Assembly (NCBI RefSeq): GCF_006345805.1
Contig: NC_043000.1
Location: forward strand, 113,584,001 to 113,648,000
DNA length: 64,000 bases
Direction of reading: 5' to 3'
DNA from: Octopus sinensis
Lineage: Eukaryota
How positions within the stretch are numbered: position 1 is the first letter of the stretch; every line of letters begins with the position of its first letter. Positions 26,338 to 40,209 of the stretch are shown here, one piece after another. The notes beneath the pieces are model-generated. The model was not told the DNA's origin and ran no database searches. It worked only from the letters and a program-made list of their open reading frames with translations. A program made the translations under genes and the position numbers.

Positions 26338-26483
26338 TTTAATCTCAGAACGTGACGGCAGACGAAATACCGCTAGGGATTTCGCCCGGCGTGCTAACGT
26401 TTCTGCCAGCTCGCCGCCTTAGCGGACGAAATACCGCTAAGCATTTTACCGGTCGCGCTAACGTCTCTGCCATCGCGTCGCCT
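26338..26483 (-). mobile_element. Two tandem SINE-A heads
   Basis: A complete head ends at gccgcctta (26421). A second head begins at gcggacgaaataccgctaagc. Confidence 0.85.
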
Positions 26484-27325
26484 ATTTCTTTCCCAAACAT
26501 GTTCATGGGAAGAGGTTTTATCTTCTAATTACGGAGATGATCCAAGTCCATACAAGATTTCCGGTTAACATTCATGAGACTTTAACCACATTTACATATA
26601 GTCTGTCGAACGTTCCCTTGTGGTATTTTCTCTGACATAGAACCGCGTGTGTCTTACTCTTTTTCAACGACATATATATATATATTTCTAGTTAAATCTT
26701 TAAGCCTCCACGCATTAAATACTTTCATACTAACTCATATATTTCTGAAATATAATTAAGTGAAATATAATCCCACTTTTTCCTAAAATTTCTGTTTTCT
26801 GAAACTCATTGCCATTTTCTCTTCTGCTGACCTATAATATTCACTCATTTGAGCTTTCTATTCTTCCACATCATTTCGATTTTTAGGGCCTTTTTTTCCT
26901 TCTTTATAATCGCTTATGCTACAGTAGTGGACTCAGGTGTTGTTTGAGACAAAATTTCATCAAACATGTTGTTTTATTTTTGCTGTTGTCGTTGTTCTTG
27001 TGGTTGTTACTGTTTAGTTCTGTTCGAGCTGTCTGTACTTAAAGGCGTTCCAGTTATAACCTCTCCATTATAAAACAACGAAAGGGTAAAAGGAGAATTG
27101 GGGATTTTATGAGGGGTGATATTTCTGTCGGAATGAGTAATCCCAAGGTGACCACCTCGTTGACATAAACTCGTTATTCATAAAAACCAAAGCTTTTAAA
27201 GATTATTTCTTCAAATCTTTCGAAAACCTGATCCTAGTCACCGTAAACGTTCAACAACTGTTAACGCATCATCCATCAGTTAACTCTGATCTTATATTTA
27301 CAGAATTCTTTGTACCATTAATAGT

Positions 27326-27586
27326 GGAGGCGCGTGGCTTAGTGGTTGGGGTGTCAGCATCATGATCGTAAGATTGTGGTTTCGGTTCCTGGACCGGGTG
27401 ACGCGTTGTGTCCTTGAGCAAAACACTTAATTTCACGTTGCTCCAGTTCACTCAGCTGGCAAAAATGAGTAACGCTGCGATGGACTGGCGTCCCGTCCAG
27501 CTGGGGAACACATACGTCATAGAATCCGGGAAACCGGGCCCATGAGCCTGGCTAGGATGTAAAAGGGCGCATTTATTTTTATATTA
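27326..27586 (+). mobile_element. SINE family C (tRNA head plus V-domain-like tail) with a 13-bp TSD
   Basis: GGAGGCGCGTGGCTTAGTGGTT head and GCGATGGACTGGCGTCCCGTCCAG segment. TSD TTGTACCATTAAT at 27310-27322 and 27587-27599. Confidence 0.92.
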
Positions 27587-28780
27587 TTGTACCATTAATC
27601 ATCTCCGATAAAATCCTAGTTATTTTATTTCTACTTTGTTTTAACTACCATAGTTTTAATGATGCTAGACCTCCACCTGGTGTAAAGCACATGTTTTCAA
27701 GCTATATAGGGCAAAGTGTAACCCCACGATTTGCCAAATTTCAGTTCATAGTTGTAATATATTTCACGTCACTCACACGCGTGTAACCAATACGTAAAAG
27801 AAAAAAAAATCTGCGTAAAACAATTTCTTTTCATTGTCCTATAAATAGACATCTTTGAATTTAATTTTGCTTGTTTAATTAACATATTGGCAAGCTTCGC
27901 AATCTCCTTCAGGTCAAATCTTGGCTAGACGAGAGTCTGAGGTTTCAATGCACACACAAAACTACACTTAATTTTACATTTTAATTTTCTTTTTAAAGCA
28001 AAGTATTGGCAAGCGATGAGAAGAAACCTTAGTACACCCATGAAATCGGTCTTTGTCTAATCGAAATTTAGCATTGAGAAAACTTCAGTACACCCCCCCC
28101 CACACACACACACACTCATACACGCTCACACATACAAACACACATGAAGCTTGGAGTTAAATATTTTTACCTCACACGTGTGGCCGATCACCGAAGAGAA
28201 ACCACAGTCAGCATTATATCATATGTCCAGCTCACCTCGCCTAACTGATGTCTAGTAATTTATACAACTTTACAAGGTCTCAGAAGGACCGACAGGATCT
28301 TGGTAACATGTTGCATAAACCCCCAAAATTTGTTGTTTGCTTGTTGTTGTTTTGGCGTTTAGTTACAGATAATTCCTGACCCAACAGGTTACGTTCAATG
28401 GCGTTCAAGCCACGCCAATCTCGTCTTCTTGTATATCACAAACTACATTATCGAATATAACACTTCTGTTAGTCACTAGGATTATGATTTGGGGTTAATT
28501 AACAGCGTTTTTTTAGTAAGCAGAAAATTCCCCCTTAATCCTCAGGTGTATGCTTGTAATATATAAACTAGGGTACGGTTTTGGTTTTAGTGATAAGCAT
28601 TTGTTTGATTTAGGCCGGCAATACCACCATATAAAATATACAGAGTAATTAAAATTTGAAACTAATACCAGTAATTAACACATCAATCGATTCTGTAGAT
28701 GGGAAATTGTTAGAACTTGAAGACAGGTGTGCTAGAGCTCTTGACTCTGTCAAATACATTATGTGTATCATATCTATCCA

Positions 28781-28860
<80 letters not shown>

Positions 28861-29596
28861 CACACACACACACATATATATATACAAATATCTATCTATC
28901 TAACCGTCTATTTATTTATCTATCAATCTATCTATCTATTTATCTATCTATCTGTCTATCTATTTGTGTGTGCGTGCTCATACACACACACACACATATG
29001 TATATGTATGTATATTAAGCATGTAACAATTGTGATAGTGGAGACACATTGTTTACCGTAAATTGCCCAACAAATAACATTTTACACACACACACACACA
29101 TACACACACACACACACATACACACACACTCATCTACATCTATAATTATTTCATTGTAAGAGTACTATGTCGATCATCTCTGAATCATACGAAGCCTATT
29201 ACATTCACATTCTGTCTTTTCTTTAAAGTAACTGTCTACTTTAAAGACTGAAAAATTTTCGTCGCATTTCTGCGTCCTACAAAGTCATATATAGAACATC
29301 AACAGAATGGTGTTCCGGGGATCCGCTATATAGCTTTTAACACCGTTACATGTTTAAATGGTTAAAATAACTTTCCAACAAATTATTTGGCCCTCAACAC
29401 ATGCTGTCACATTAAGTCACTTGACAACCAGGTAAAGTCCCACATCATATACTTATACACACACACGTGTAAGAGACACACACACTGGGTCATTGTTATG
29501 TATGTAGCCATATTACGGTAACGTCAACTCCGAAGAAGAATTTGTGAAAATATGGTTGGTTTTATTAAAAAGCATGTGTGTGTGTGTGTTATGTAA

Positions 29597-29683
<87 letters not shown>

Positions 29684-29687
29684 CACG

Positions 29688-29995
29688 TGGAGGCGCAATG
29701 TCCCAGTAGTTAGGGCAACGATTTCGCGGTCGTAGAATCGCGGTTTCGATTCCCAGACCGGGCGTTGTGAGTGTTTATTGAGCGAAAACACTTAAAAAGC
29801 CCCACAATCTCCGACAGAGGGTGGTGATCCCTGCTGTACTCTTACACCACTCTTTCTCTCATTCTTTCTTCTGTTGGCCTGTTCGCTTAGCCAGCGGGGT
29901 GGCGCCATTCGGAGGCTAAAACAATGCGAACGCATTGTGACCAGCGATGTGTAACTGCATCTGATGGAATGGTCGGTCACGTGATCACGTGATAT
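29688..29995 (+). mobile_element. SINE with family-B head and a third tail type
   Basis: GGAGGCGCAATGTCCCAGTAGTTAGGGC...GGTTTCGATTCCCAGACCGGGCGTTGTGAGTGTTTATTGAGCGAAAACAC head. Its tail is unrelated to those at 39644 and 50940. Confidence 0.9.
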
Positions 29996-30025
29996 ACACA
30001 CACACACACACACACACATTTCAAA

Positions 30026-30198
30026 ATGTAACCACATGTCTTCCGTTTCTATTAGACTCTCCTCTGTTTCTGAAGAAGTGCTTTGCTCGAAACGTTAAAC
30101 CATCTTTCTTTCCTTTCCTGAGCGTCTGTTAATACTTTACATGTACCACGTCCACGCGTTGCTGTTTTTCTACGTTTGTTCATCTTCTTTTGGGGATT

Positions 30199-30205
<7 letters not shown>
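30026..30205 (+). mobile_element. Family H1 element with a hammerhead-like motif
   Basis: Homologous to 11095-11237 and ends in (TA)n. Confidence 0.55.
30066..30100 (+). ncRNA. Putative minimal type I hammerhead ribozyme motif
   Basis: GTTT-CTGAAGA-A-GTGC-TTT-GCTC-GAAA-CG-TT-AAAC: 4-bp stem I, intact core, short stem II with one mismatch, palindromic AACGTT stem III. Activity untested. Confidence 0.45.
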
Positions 30206-30270
<65 letters not shown>

Positions 30271-30437
30271 GTATACATGCATATATGTATGTATGTATGT
30301 ATGTATACACACACACTCTTGCATAAGATCCAATTTTATAATATTTCATATACTTGTGTGCGTGTGTGTCTGTGTTGCTGTGTCTATGTGCATGTATGTG
30401 TGTATGTGTACACCCTGGTATATGTGCACACATATAT

Positions 30438-30620
30438 TCTTTTATTTGTTTCAGTCATTTGACTTCAGCCATGCTGAAGCACCGCCTTTAGTCGAACAAA
30501 TCGATCCCAGGGCTTATTCTTTGTAGACCTAGTACTTATTCTCTCGTCCTCTTTTGCCGGACCGCTAAGTTACGTAAGCGTGAACACACCAACATCGATT
30601 GTCAAGCGATGGTGGAAGGA

Positions 30621-30669
<49 letters not shown>

Positions 30670-30820
30670 CACACACATATACGACGGATTTCTTTCAGTT
30701 TCCGTCTACCAAATCCACTCACAAGGCTTTGACCGGCCCGAGACTATAGTAGAAGGCACTTGCACAAGATGCCACGTGGTTGGTAAGCAAGCTACTTACC
30801 ACACAATCACTCCTGCGCCT
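30438..30820 (-). mobile_element. SINE family E, full length with internal (CA)n
   Basis: Head ends accacacaatcactcctgcgcc. Tail tttcagtcatttgact...gccatgctg.agcaccgcctttagtcga. Confidence 0.92.
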
Positions 30821-31269
30821 ATGTAGCAGGGATTTTTGTTCGACCCGCTCAAACTTTGTTCAGTTGCCAATATACGAACCCAACCAACCTAGGATGACAA
30901 TGAAACGAAATCACTTGCTGTACGTAGCGAACCAAAGCTTACAAATTGTTCAAGTAATCGTGTTACCTTCGTGTTTATACCCGTTCTGTATCTCCGGCCA
31001 TGTCCAGGTCAACTCCTGCTCGTGATTCTATATGAGACATGACCTTGTGTATTGTTATCTAACGTTTATGTACATCCCCATGTTGCTTCCGATCCAGCAG
31101 ACCTCCAACCGTGACCATCCATCTTTTCTGTTGTCGTTTCTTGTATCTGGAATACTAAAGGTACTGTCTTGTCACGCTTTATTACGCTGATTCCGTCCGA
31201 GGATTTTCTTTAAGAGTACACGTGTCTGTGGAGTACTCAACCCGCTTATTCTTCCAGAGCGAGCAATTT

Positions 31270-31530
31270 TTTCCTTTTTATTGCGCCCATGCTGGGGCAA
31301 CACCTTCAACGTGTTTTGTGTCTTTTATTTTATTTTATATTATTTGTTTATCTTTTATTGGAATAGATCAACCTCAGTATATATTTTAAAGCCTGGTGCT
31401 TATTCTACCCGCCTCTTTTGCCGAACCGCTAAGTTACGGGGACATAAGCAAACTGACGTCGGTTGTTAAGCGGTTGTAGAAAACAAACACAGGATTCACA
31501 CATGGGTGTAAATACACACGTACACACACA
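31270..31530 (-). mobile_element. SINE family E 3' half
   Basis: cttttgccgaaccgctaagttacggggacataagc...gttgttaagcgg. Confidence 0.8.
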
Positions 31531-31550
31531 CACACCACACACACATACAT

Positions 31551-31664
<114 letters not shown>

Positions 31665-31845
31665 GCTGCGTACCGGTTTTGACCATACTCCTCCAGGTAG
31701 TATAGTCTGTGCCCAGTGTTTCAAGTTCACCAAGGGTGATTTTGCAGAGCTTCAGGGATTTCTTGAGATGATCTTTATATCGCTTCTTTGGACCGCCGTG
31801 CGGTTGGTTACCCTCTGCTAACTCCCCAAGAAGGGTCATTAAGCC
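31665..31845 (-). mobile_element. RTE-clade LINE ORF C-terminal fragment
   Basis: LLGELAEGNQPHGGPKKRYKDHLKKSLKLCKITLGELETLGTDYTTWRSMVKTG matches the RTE GEL..G.R..GGPKKRYKD..K..L...A.DR..WR pattern. Confidence 0.8.
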
Positions 31846-32844
31846 AATAATAAACACACGTATTGGTTCTATTTCCCATCATTCGATTTTATTTGCTAAA
31901 CCTAATTCAAAATTTAACGTATTATTATATTATTGCTGTTTTCAAAACCGTAAACGTTAAATATCATTACCGCGTCATTGAAAAGGTTCGTCTGGGCGCA
32001 CAGTTGGTGGTGAGATCAAAACAGTGCAACGATCAGTTATTCATTAATGAATTCGTGTCATAAACGGACGATATTTCAGAATACTGGAATATTGAAGCTA
32101 ATACTATCAGCTATCGTTAGCGAACCTACTGATACGTTTTATGTATGCTTGAATGTATATATATATATAAATGTGGGAATACGTATTTCCCAATGAATCA
32201 GGTACAACCCCTTAGCATTACATGCATCTGCATGTCGTACAGTGAAGTTTTGAAATTAATATATTTGTATATATCTATCTAGGAATATACAAAGTATATT
32301 ATAATAGAAAATAATAATAGTTCAGTTTTGGGGATTTATCAAAAATATATGTGGGTATACTATTTCAGATTAGGTAAAAAATAAAACAACGAGTATATCT
32401 GAAGGAAAAAATCTTGGTATCTATATACACACCAAGAAATAATACTTTAAGGGTAAAACCAGTACACCAGCAGGGTATAAAAAAATATACTTCCTTAATT
32501 ATCTCCTACTTAGGTTTAAATTATCATTAGAAAGGAACAACACGTGTTTCAGTATGACGGAGGATAGTTCTGTGTTTGTGTGTGAATGTGTACACATGTA
32601 TGTAAGTGTGTGCACTTGCGTGCTTGTGTGCTACCAGATATTTAAATTATAAAATTTGAAAGAGAGGTTACATAGATATTGGGAGAAAGTGAGAGAGATA
32701 AAGAGGGGGGTGAAGGAGAGAGACTGAGAAACAGAGACAGCGAAAGAGATAACCAATCAGTAAAGACGCTCGTAAAACAGAATCAGGTTAGATGAGTTAA
32801 ATACTATGACATCTCAATAAATGGTAATGTTCTGTTCTGCTCTG

Positions 32845-33050
32845 CTCTAGGCACAAAGCCCGAAATTTTGGGGAAGGGGGCCAGTCGATTAGATCGACCC
32901 CAGTATGCAACTAGTACTTAATTTATCCACCCCGAAAAGATGAAAGGCAAAGTCGACCTCGGGGGAATTTGAACCCAGAACGTAAAGACAGACTCAATAC
33001 CTCTAAGCATATCACCCGGCGTGCTAACGTTTCTGCCAGCTCGCCGCTTT
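32845..33050 (-). mobile_element. SINE family A, full length
   Basis: ggcacaaagcccgaaatttt...gatgaaaggcaaagtcgacctc...gtgctaacgtttctgccagctcgccgc. Confidence 0.93.
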
Positions 33051-33593
33051 AGAAATTGTAATATTGCTGTTTACTTAACTAGACAAGTGTAGGTAAACGT
33101 AACAAGGAAGAGAAAGACAAACTTGGTAGACTGTATATATATGTATATAATGTACTGTTCCGTGATAGAATTCAACAAAGACAGTTCGCCATCTGGTGAG
33201 AGATAAATATTATTTATTTAAAGGGCACCATACATGTCTTCACGTGTTCGAGTATTTCTCAACATATGAAACTATTAACGGCACTTAAAGACATGTTGCG
33301 TGCTTGTATTCTTTTTTCATCTACGCAATACCTGGAACCAAACTCGAGTCGTATCATCAGTTTATATTTGGCATGTTCTAAGCACAGGAAACTATTAGAA
33401 GCACATAAAAATCCTGTATTGTTTCTGTTAAAATATGTCTCACCATATAGAATGCTTTTTTGTTGATCTTATCATTGCGAAACAGTAGACTTTATACATA
33501 CATACATACATATATATATATACACACACACACATATATATATACACACACACACATATATATATATATACATATTTATATACATATATATAT

Positions 33594-33626
<33 letters not shown>

Positions 33627-33647
33627 GTATATATATATATGTATATA

Positions 33648-33715
<68 letters not shown>

Positions 33716-33940
33716 GCATATAGACACACACACCTCATTGTGAACCCAATAGTATGTTAGCTAGCCAGTCTTGGGGACCTCAGTCTTGATGCGCCTAGAT
33801 TCTAATGAATCCTGTAACTAAACCCTCTAGCTTTTTTTCTCTCTCTCTCTCTTTCTCTTTCAATCTCTCTCTCTCCATATATATTTATCTATCTATATGT
33901 ATATATACGCTTACATACGTGCATACACGTATACACACAC

Positions 33941-33976
<36 letters not shown>

Positions 33977-33989
33977 TCTTCTCTACTCC

Positions 33990-34260
33990 ACTATTCCTGG
34001 AAGTCTCATAGGGTTAGAAACTTCAGGCATCTTTTCAACAGAGTCCTATCAGAATCAACCATTATTACACTTTCCCATTGCGTTACCCAAGCGTGACCAA
34101 ATGAAGCTATGAATATTATCGAACCATCTCGTTCTTGGTCGACCCCTGTGTCTACTGCCGTTTGGCTCGGCTTGAAGAATCCGTCTTGCGATTCTTCCAA
34201 GTCCCTATGCCCGTCGCAACGAAGCTGTGACCTCTCTCAGTGCCATACATTGCTTCCACT
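33990..34260 (-). mobile_element. RTE-clade LINE C-terminal fragment
   Basis: Minus strand IARRILQAEPNGSRHRGRPRTRWFDNIHSFIWSRLG. Confidence 0.7.
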
Positions 34261-34569
34261 TTTAAATACATAATGAGGAGCAATAATTTTCGTTTATTGT
34301 GCAGAAGATCGGCAGGTGGCAGATGGTGTGGACAGCTGGAGGCCGTAGCACGCTTAGCCGTTATCTTTCTTCGCTGCAGGGGGTAAACTTTCCCTTCTAT
34401 CCATGAAGGGTCAGTAACATAAACGCAGTGGATTGAATCACTCGTTCATAAACACTCCCCTAATACTACCACCACCGCCTTCACCACGGCTATCCCAAAC
34501 AGTGTGAATTTAAACTAATGTTTGATAGGTTGTTTATACTGTTATGAAATTTCACTCTTATTATTATTA

Positions 34570-34914
34570 AAGGAAATGGTGCAGAGGCAGGATGTTTAGG
34601 GCGTCGGACACATATGCCATGCGGCATTTGTTCCGGCCCTTAACGTTCTGAGCTCAAATCTCACAGAGCCGAGGTATGCTTTTTATTCTTAGGGACTCTA
34701 TAGCATAAAGTACCAGTCAAGTACTGGGGCCGATACTATCGTTTCACTCTGTTGCCTGAAACTTACTGGCCATTTGCCTAAATCAGAAACCTTTATTATT
34801 ATTATTATATTATTATTATTATTATTATTATTATATTATTATTATTATTATCATTATTATTATCATCATCATCAGCAGCAGCAGCAGCAGCATCCTCATC
34901 CTCAGTAGTAGTAA

Positions 34915-34978
<64 letters not shown>

Positions 34979-35120
34979 CTTCAAATTCTGTCGGGATTGG
35001 CTTATCTCTTCATCCTTTTGATAGCGATAAAATAGCTACCAGTTGAATACTGGCTCAATGTAATCGACTAGCGCCCCTCCTAAAATGTTCCTGGCTTTGT
35101 GTTTATAATGGAAAGGGTTG
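34570..35120 (+). mobile_element. Two SINE-A copies separated by (ATT)/(AGT) microsatellites
   Basis: Cores at 34645-34740 and 34980-35100. Confidence 0.7.
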
Positions 35121-35133
35121 TTACTATTATTAA

Positions 35134-35189
<56 letters not shown>

Positions 35190-36383
35190 TATTATTATTA
35201 TTATCATTAATATTGAAGTTGCTATATATGATGTTGTGCTCTTCATACTTTCTTCAAATTTGGTTGCAAAAATAAGAACATCTTTGTTTTTTTGTTTTGT
35301 TTGTTTTTTTCGCCTTACACGTAATGAACGCACATTTGAGATTATTACAAAATGAAAGCTGACAGGCTATAAATTAATTAAGATGTTTAATATTGCAACC
35401 TGTCAGGAGAGTGTGTGTAGAGATTAAAAACGGCATCCAGGTGTATAATAAATAAATAATCAAACAGGTGATAAAAGTATGATGAAGCTCGTTAATTCTA
35501 TTTTGATGTCTTCTCGGACACGACAGTTTCCTCAAGCTTTGTTCACCATAGTTGTCACTAGTTGCTATAGAGGTGGCTCAGCCCTCCTAGTTGTAGCTAG
35601 TAACCATGGTGTGCTGAAGATCAACAATGTTAGGAACGGAAACCGTGGGTATTATATTTGTAGTTGTTTAGTCCCAGATAGAGCCTGAACTCGTGAACCT
35701 ACGATAAAATCTGTTCCAGCTACGACCAATCTATGTTTTAACGTATGAGTGACTACTTTACCCGCTGTATTTTTACTTTCATTTTTCAAGAAGGTGGGGA
35801 CGAATATAAGAGAGCTAACTTGGCCGTGATAGATAGCAGGTATAGCGTCCATGCAGAGATTTCCTCAAAGAGAGTAAGGTTCTGTAAAAATGGCGGTTAA
35901 GTGTATATCAGTCGACTCAATGATGAGGGCGAATGCTTGCACCAAAGTTGTTGTAACTGCTGTCTGTCGAAAGGTGCTGGATCCTGTGTCTGAGAAAGCA
36001 TGTATCTTTGATAATGTGCCGTGCTTACCTCAAATGGTAATATAATTAGCATTCTTTGATAATTAGCAGATATTATCACATTTTCGGGGATAAGTTAGAT
36101 TATTAATATTCAAGCAGTTGACTTGATTTATAGATACGTGCAGGTTCGATTTTTACTGATTATTTATTAATCAATACAGAAAAGGAATTACAAGTAAGCA
36201 ATAAGTATAACAAAACACCAGGTGTCAAGAGTTCGTTTCTCGTTGCTGACACAGCAAATACCGCCTAATTCCTAATGTATTTGATTTTTAAATGGTTAAT
36301 CCCACATGTAAACAGATATCGAAATAGGACTTCTGATCCAGTCTAGTTTTAAGTAGATGTCATCTAGTGGTTCACTTTTTTAA

Positions 36384-36545
36384 GGCCTCTTCTTGCGTGG
36401 TAAGGAGTTTGCTAACTAACTACACAGTTCCGGGTTCAGTTCCACTGCGTGGCACGTTGGACAAGTGTTTTCTACTATAGACTTGGGCTGACCAAAGCTT
36501 TATGAGTAGATTTTGCAACCGGAAAATGAATGAAGCCAGTTGCTA

Positions 36546-36596
<51 letters not shown>

Positions 36597-36843
36597 ATAT
36601 GTATGTATGTGTGTGTGTGTATATATATATGTGCGTGTATGTGTCTTTGTGCATGTGTTTGTTACACACCACCACCTGACAACCGGTGTTCGTTTGTTTA
36701 CGTTTCCTAACCAAAAGAGACCGAAACAATAAGTACCAGGCTTTAAAAGTAAAAATAAGTACCGGAGTCGATTTGTTTGACTAAAAACTGTTCAAGTGGC
36801 GCCCCAGCATGGCCGCAATCCAATGACTGAAACAAGAAAAAGA
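36384..36843 (+). mobile_element. SINE family E with internal (AT)n(GT)n
   Basis: ccgggttcagttccactgcgtggcacgttggacaagtgttttctactatag...gccccagcatggccgcaatccaatgactgaaacaag. Confidence 0.85.
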
Positions 36844-36969
36844 TAAATGATCAAAGATATTGTGTTGTAAATAGGTACCATGAGGTGGTGAATATACAAA
36901 ACGACAATAAATATGCGTGAAGTCATCACGTGTCTGTAATAAGTCATTAAGTGAGATATAGCTATGTTT

Positions 36970-37112
36970 TGAGTTCAAATTCCGCCGAGGTCGACGTTGC
37001 CTTTTATCCTTTCGGGATAGATAAATTAAGTACCAGTGAAACATTGGGGTCGGTGTAATTGACTAGCCCCCACCCCCTCAAAATTTCAGGCCTTGTGCCT
37101 ATAGTAGAAAGG
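36970..37112 (+). mobile_element. SINE family A, 5'-truncated
   Basis: gagttcaaattccgccgaggtcgacgttgccttttatcctttcggg...ggccttgtgcctatagtagaaagg. Confidence 0.9.
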
Positions 37113-37874
37113 ATTAAGTGAGAGATAGAAATATGGACTGGATGACAAAAGACAGCAAATGGTATGGAAGTTATTAAGTAATAGTAAATACGTCAGTTAC
37201 GGGGGTAAGTAGATAGTAAGGTCTGTTAAAGGTATTAGTCTCAGTCGACTAATTTTATATCACAGTACTATATCGTGTTACTCAGATAACAATTTTTGTC
37301 ATGGCTTTCAAATAGCGTAAAAATGCGGGAGGAGAAGGAAAGAAAGAAGGAAACTGAAAGGGAGAGTAAATGACAGAGTTTGACGATCTATGAATTTTTT
37401 CGTTATTTTTCATAAGAGCCAAGAAATTCGATAACTAAATTACAATTCTTGCATGAATGCCATATTTTCTATTATCCACGGTGGCATATTTTCTATTATC
37501 CTATAACGAATAACCGAAAATTGCTTATATTTCTAATGCTGTGGACTCCACCGGATTGAATGGTAATGCTTAGGTGTCGAAAACGTCGTGATATTTGCTA
37601 GGGCAGCTGATGACGGGAAAACACATATGTTCTGCTCGATTTTTGATTCTTGTATAGTGGAAAGTGTTTGTGGATCCATAGTCTGTGGGAATCGCTTATT
37701 CTGGCATTTTTAATTTTCTTCATGAATAACCTAACTAGGCTTGGACAAGGGTTACACGATAGTGTTTGGTTATGGGAGGTTCTCTGGCATACATACATAC
37801 GTGGGTGTATAAGTATTTTTATATATCAATATGCGTGTGTCTGTGTGCACGTGTATGTATAAATAAATATATAC

Positions 37875-37906
<32 letters not shown>

Positions 37907-37908
<2 letters not shown>

Positions 37909-38230
37909 AGGCGCGTGGTTTAGTGGTTAGGGCATTCATTTCACGAACATGAGGTCGTGAGTTCAATTCCCGGCGACGCGTTGTATCCTTGAGCAAGACA
38001 CTTTATTTCGCGTTGTTCCAGTCCACTCAGCTAACAAAAATGAGTTGTACCTGTATTTCAAAGGGGCCAGCCTTGTCACACTCTGTGTCACGCTGAATCG
38101 TCCCCGAGAACTACACTAAGGGTACACGTATCTGTGGAGTGCTCAGCCACTTACACGTTAATGTCACGAGCAGGCTGTTCTGTTGATCGGATCAGCTGGG
38201 ACCCTCGTCGTCGTAACCGACGGGTGCTCC
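37907..38230 (+). mobile_element. SINE family D (C-like head plus D tail)
   Basis: GGAGGCGCGTGG head. Tail gccagccttgtcacactctgtgtcacgctgaa...gatcggatcagctgggaccctcgtcgtcgtaaccgac. Confidence 0.9.
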
Positions 38231-38250
38231 TCATATATAATATATATATA

Positions 38251-38291
<41 letters not shown>

Positions 38292-38584
38292 CACACACAT
38301 ACACATATATAGTCATTGCACGGTGATCGCCATAAGCTTTAAGCTTATATAAATATGCCATTATTATTATTTACAGGATTGTAAAACACGGAACCATATA
38401 ACAAAACCTTCGCTTCTAAAGCATTATATACATAAATATATGTATATACATACATATATGTATATACATATACACACATATATATATATAAACATATATG
38501 GGCGCCTATATGTATACGTATACATAATTACATAAATAAGTATTCGCAGGTATTATATTTTTGTTGTCTACACATATAAATGCA

Positions 38585-38627
<43 letters not shown>

Positions 38628-38992
38628 TATATATATTATATATATATATATTTGTATATGTTTATGTAAAGACTAAATAATGTAATGTTTTTCTGTTCCA
38701 TCCATCTTGTCTCGTAGGACTGCATTGAATATAACTTTTTCTTCCATTTTTGTCTTTGTAGATTCAAAAGGAGAGATCTGGTGTTACCCTCAACCGCATC
38801 GCCAATAGGAATCGCAGCATCCCCATCGTTTCTATTCCATCCATCCCCAAGAATTCCTACAGACCGTCAGACCAATGTCCAGCTTGCTGTATAAATACGA
38901 TGTGTGACCTATCCTGGTTGAAGATTTACAGGAATTAATCTTAAATGATTCTTGGATTATCCTTAGCTTTATTCTAATTATTAGAAGAATTA

Positions 38993-39212
38993 TGGTGATG
39001 AAATGGTAGAATCGTTAGCGAGTCGAACAAAATGCTTAGCGGCATTTCGTTCGTCTTTAAGTTCGGAGTTCAAATCCTGTCGAGGTCAACTTTGTCTTTC
39101 ATCTTTTCGGGGTTGATAAAATTATGGTACCCGTAAATTACTAGGGTTGATGTAATCGACATGCCCCCTCCCCTTAAACTAAGTGGCCTTGTGCCAAGAT
39201 TAGAAGCATAAT
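38993..39212 (+). mobile_element. SINE family A
   Basis: gaatcgttagcgagtcgaacaaaatgcttagcggcatttcg...gaggtcaactttgtctttcatcttttcggggttgataaa. Confidence 0.85.
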
Positions 39213-39356
39213 TAAATGAAATGGCAAAATCGTTACAGTATCGGATTAATGTCCTTAAAGTATTCAGTTATGGTCATTCACGTTGTGGTTTCGAATCCAA
39301 CATTAGTCAATTCAGCCTTTCGCATTTCCTCTCTGCAAAATATAATAATAATAATA

Positions 39357-39455
<99 letters not shown>

Positions 39456-39643
39456 CAGCAACAACAAAAATAATAATCTGGTACTGCTCCTATGAAATTG
39501 TTTAAGATAATAGGTTTGCCTATTCGGTAGAGCGTCAAACAAAATCTCCTTTGGGGTTTTTAGATACAACTGTGTACGTTCTGAGTTCAACTCTTGCCGT
39601 TGTTAGCTTTGACTTTCCTTCTGCGGTCGATTATATAAAAAGT

Positions 39644-40025
39644 GGAGGCGCAATGGCCCAGTGGTTAGGGCAGCGGACTCGCGGTAATAGGATCGCGGTT
39701 TCGATTCCCAGACCGGACGTTGTGAGAGTTTATTGAGCGAAAACACCTTAAACCTCCACCCGGCTCCGGCAGTGGGTGGTGGCGAACCCTGTTGTACTCA
39801 TTTACCACAACTTTCTCTCACTCTTTTTTCCTGTTTCTGTTGTACATGTATTTCAAAGAGCCAGCCTTGTTACACTCTGTGTCATGCTGAATCTTCCCTG
39901 AGAATTACATTAAGGGTACACGTGTCTGTGGAGTGCTCAGCCACTTGCACGTTCATTTCCTGAGCAAGTTGTTCCGTTGATCGGATCAACTGGAACCCTC
40001 GTTGTCGCAACCGACTGAGTGCCAC
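39644..40025 (+). mobile_element. Chimeric SINE: family-B head plus family-D tail
   Basis: Head as at 29688. From gtatttcaaagagccagccttg onward it matches 38052-38222. Confidence 0.9.
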
Positions 40026-40209
40026 GTTATGTAAAGTGCTTGACAAGTTCGGGGAAATATAATGATCAGGAATTATTATGTTATGAAGGCGGTGGATTGA
40101 AATATAAGAAATATTGTCTTGCATTGGATATTTTGGTCTTTTTAAGTCCTCTGGCCAAATTCCACCAAGGTCTACTTTGCCTTTCATCCTTCCACGGTAA
40201 ATAAACTAT

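Noticed and set aside
27704-27842. Possible TA-flanked MITE (TATAGGGCAA / TTGTCCTATA)
   Set aside because: The inverted match is only 10 bp and there is no second copy in the window.
35600-35670. ORF segment GVLKINNVRNGNRGYYICS resembling an Ig I-set strand, overlapping a CTGAAGA...GAAAC motif
   Set aside because: There are no convincing splice sites or upstream Cys/Trp of an Ig domain. As a hammerhead it lacks stem I pairing. Both are probably chance or heavily decayed.
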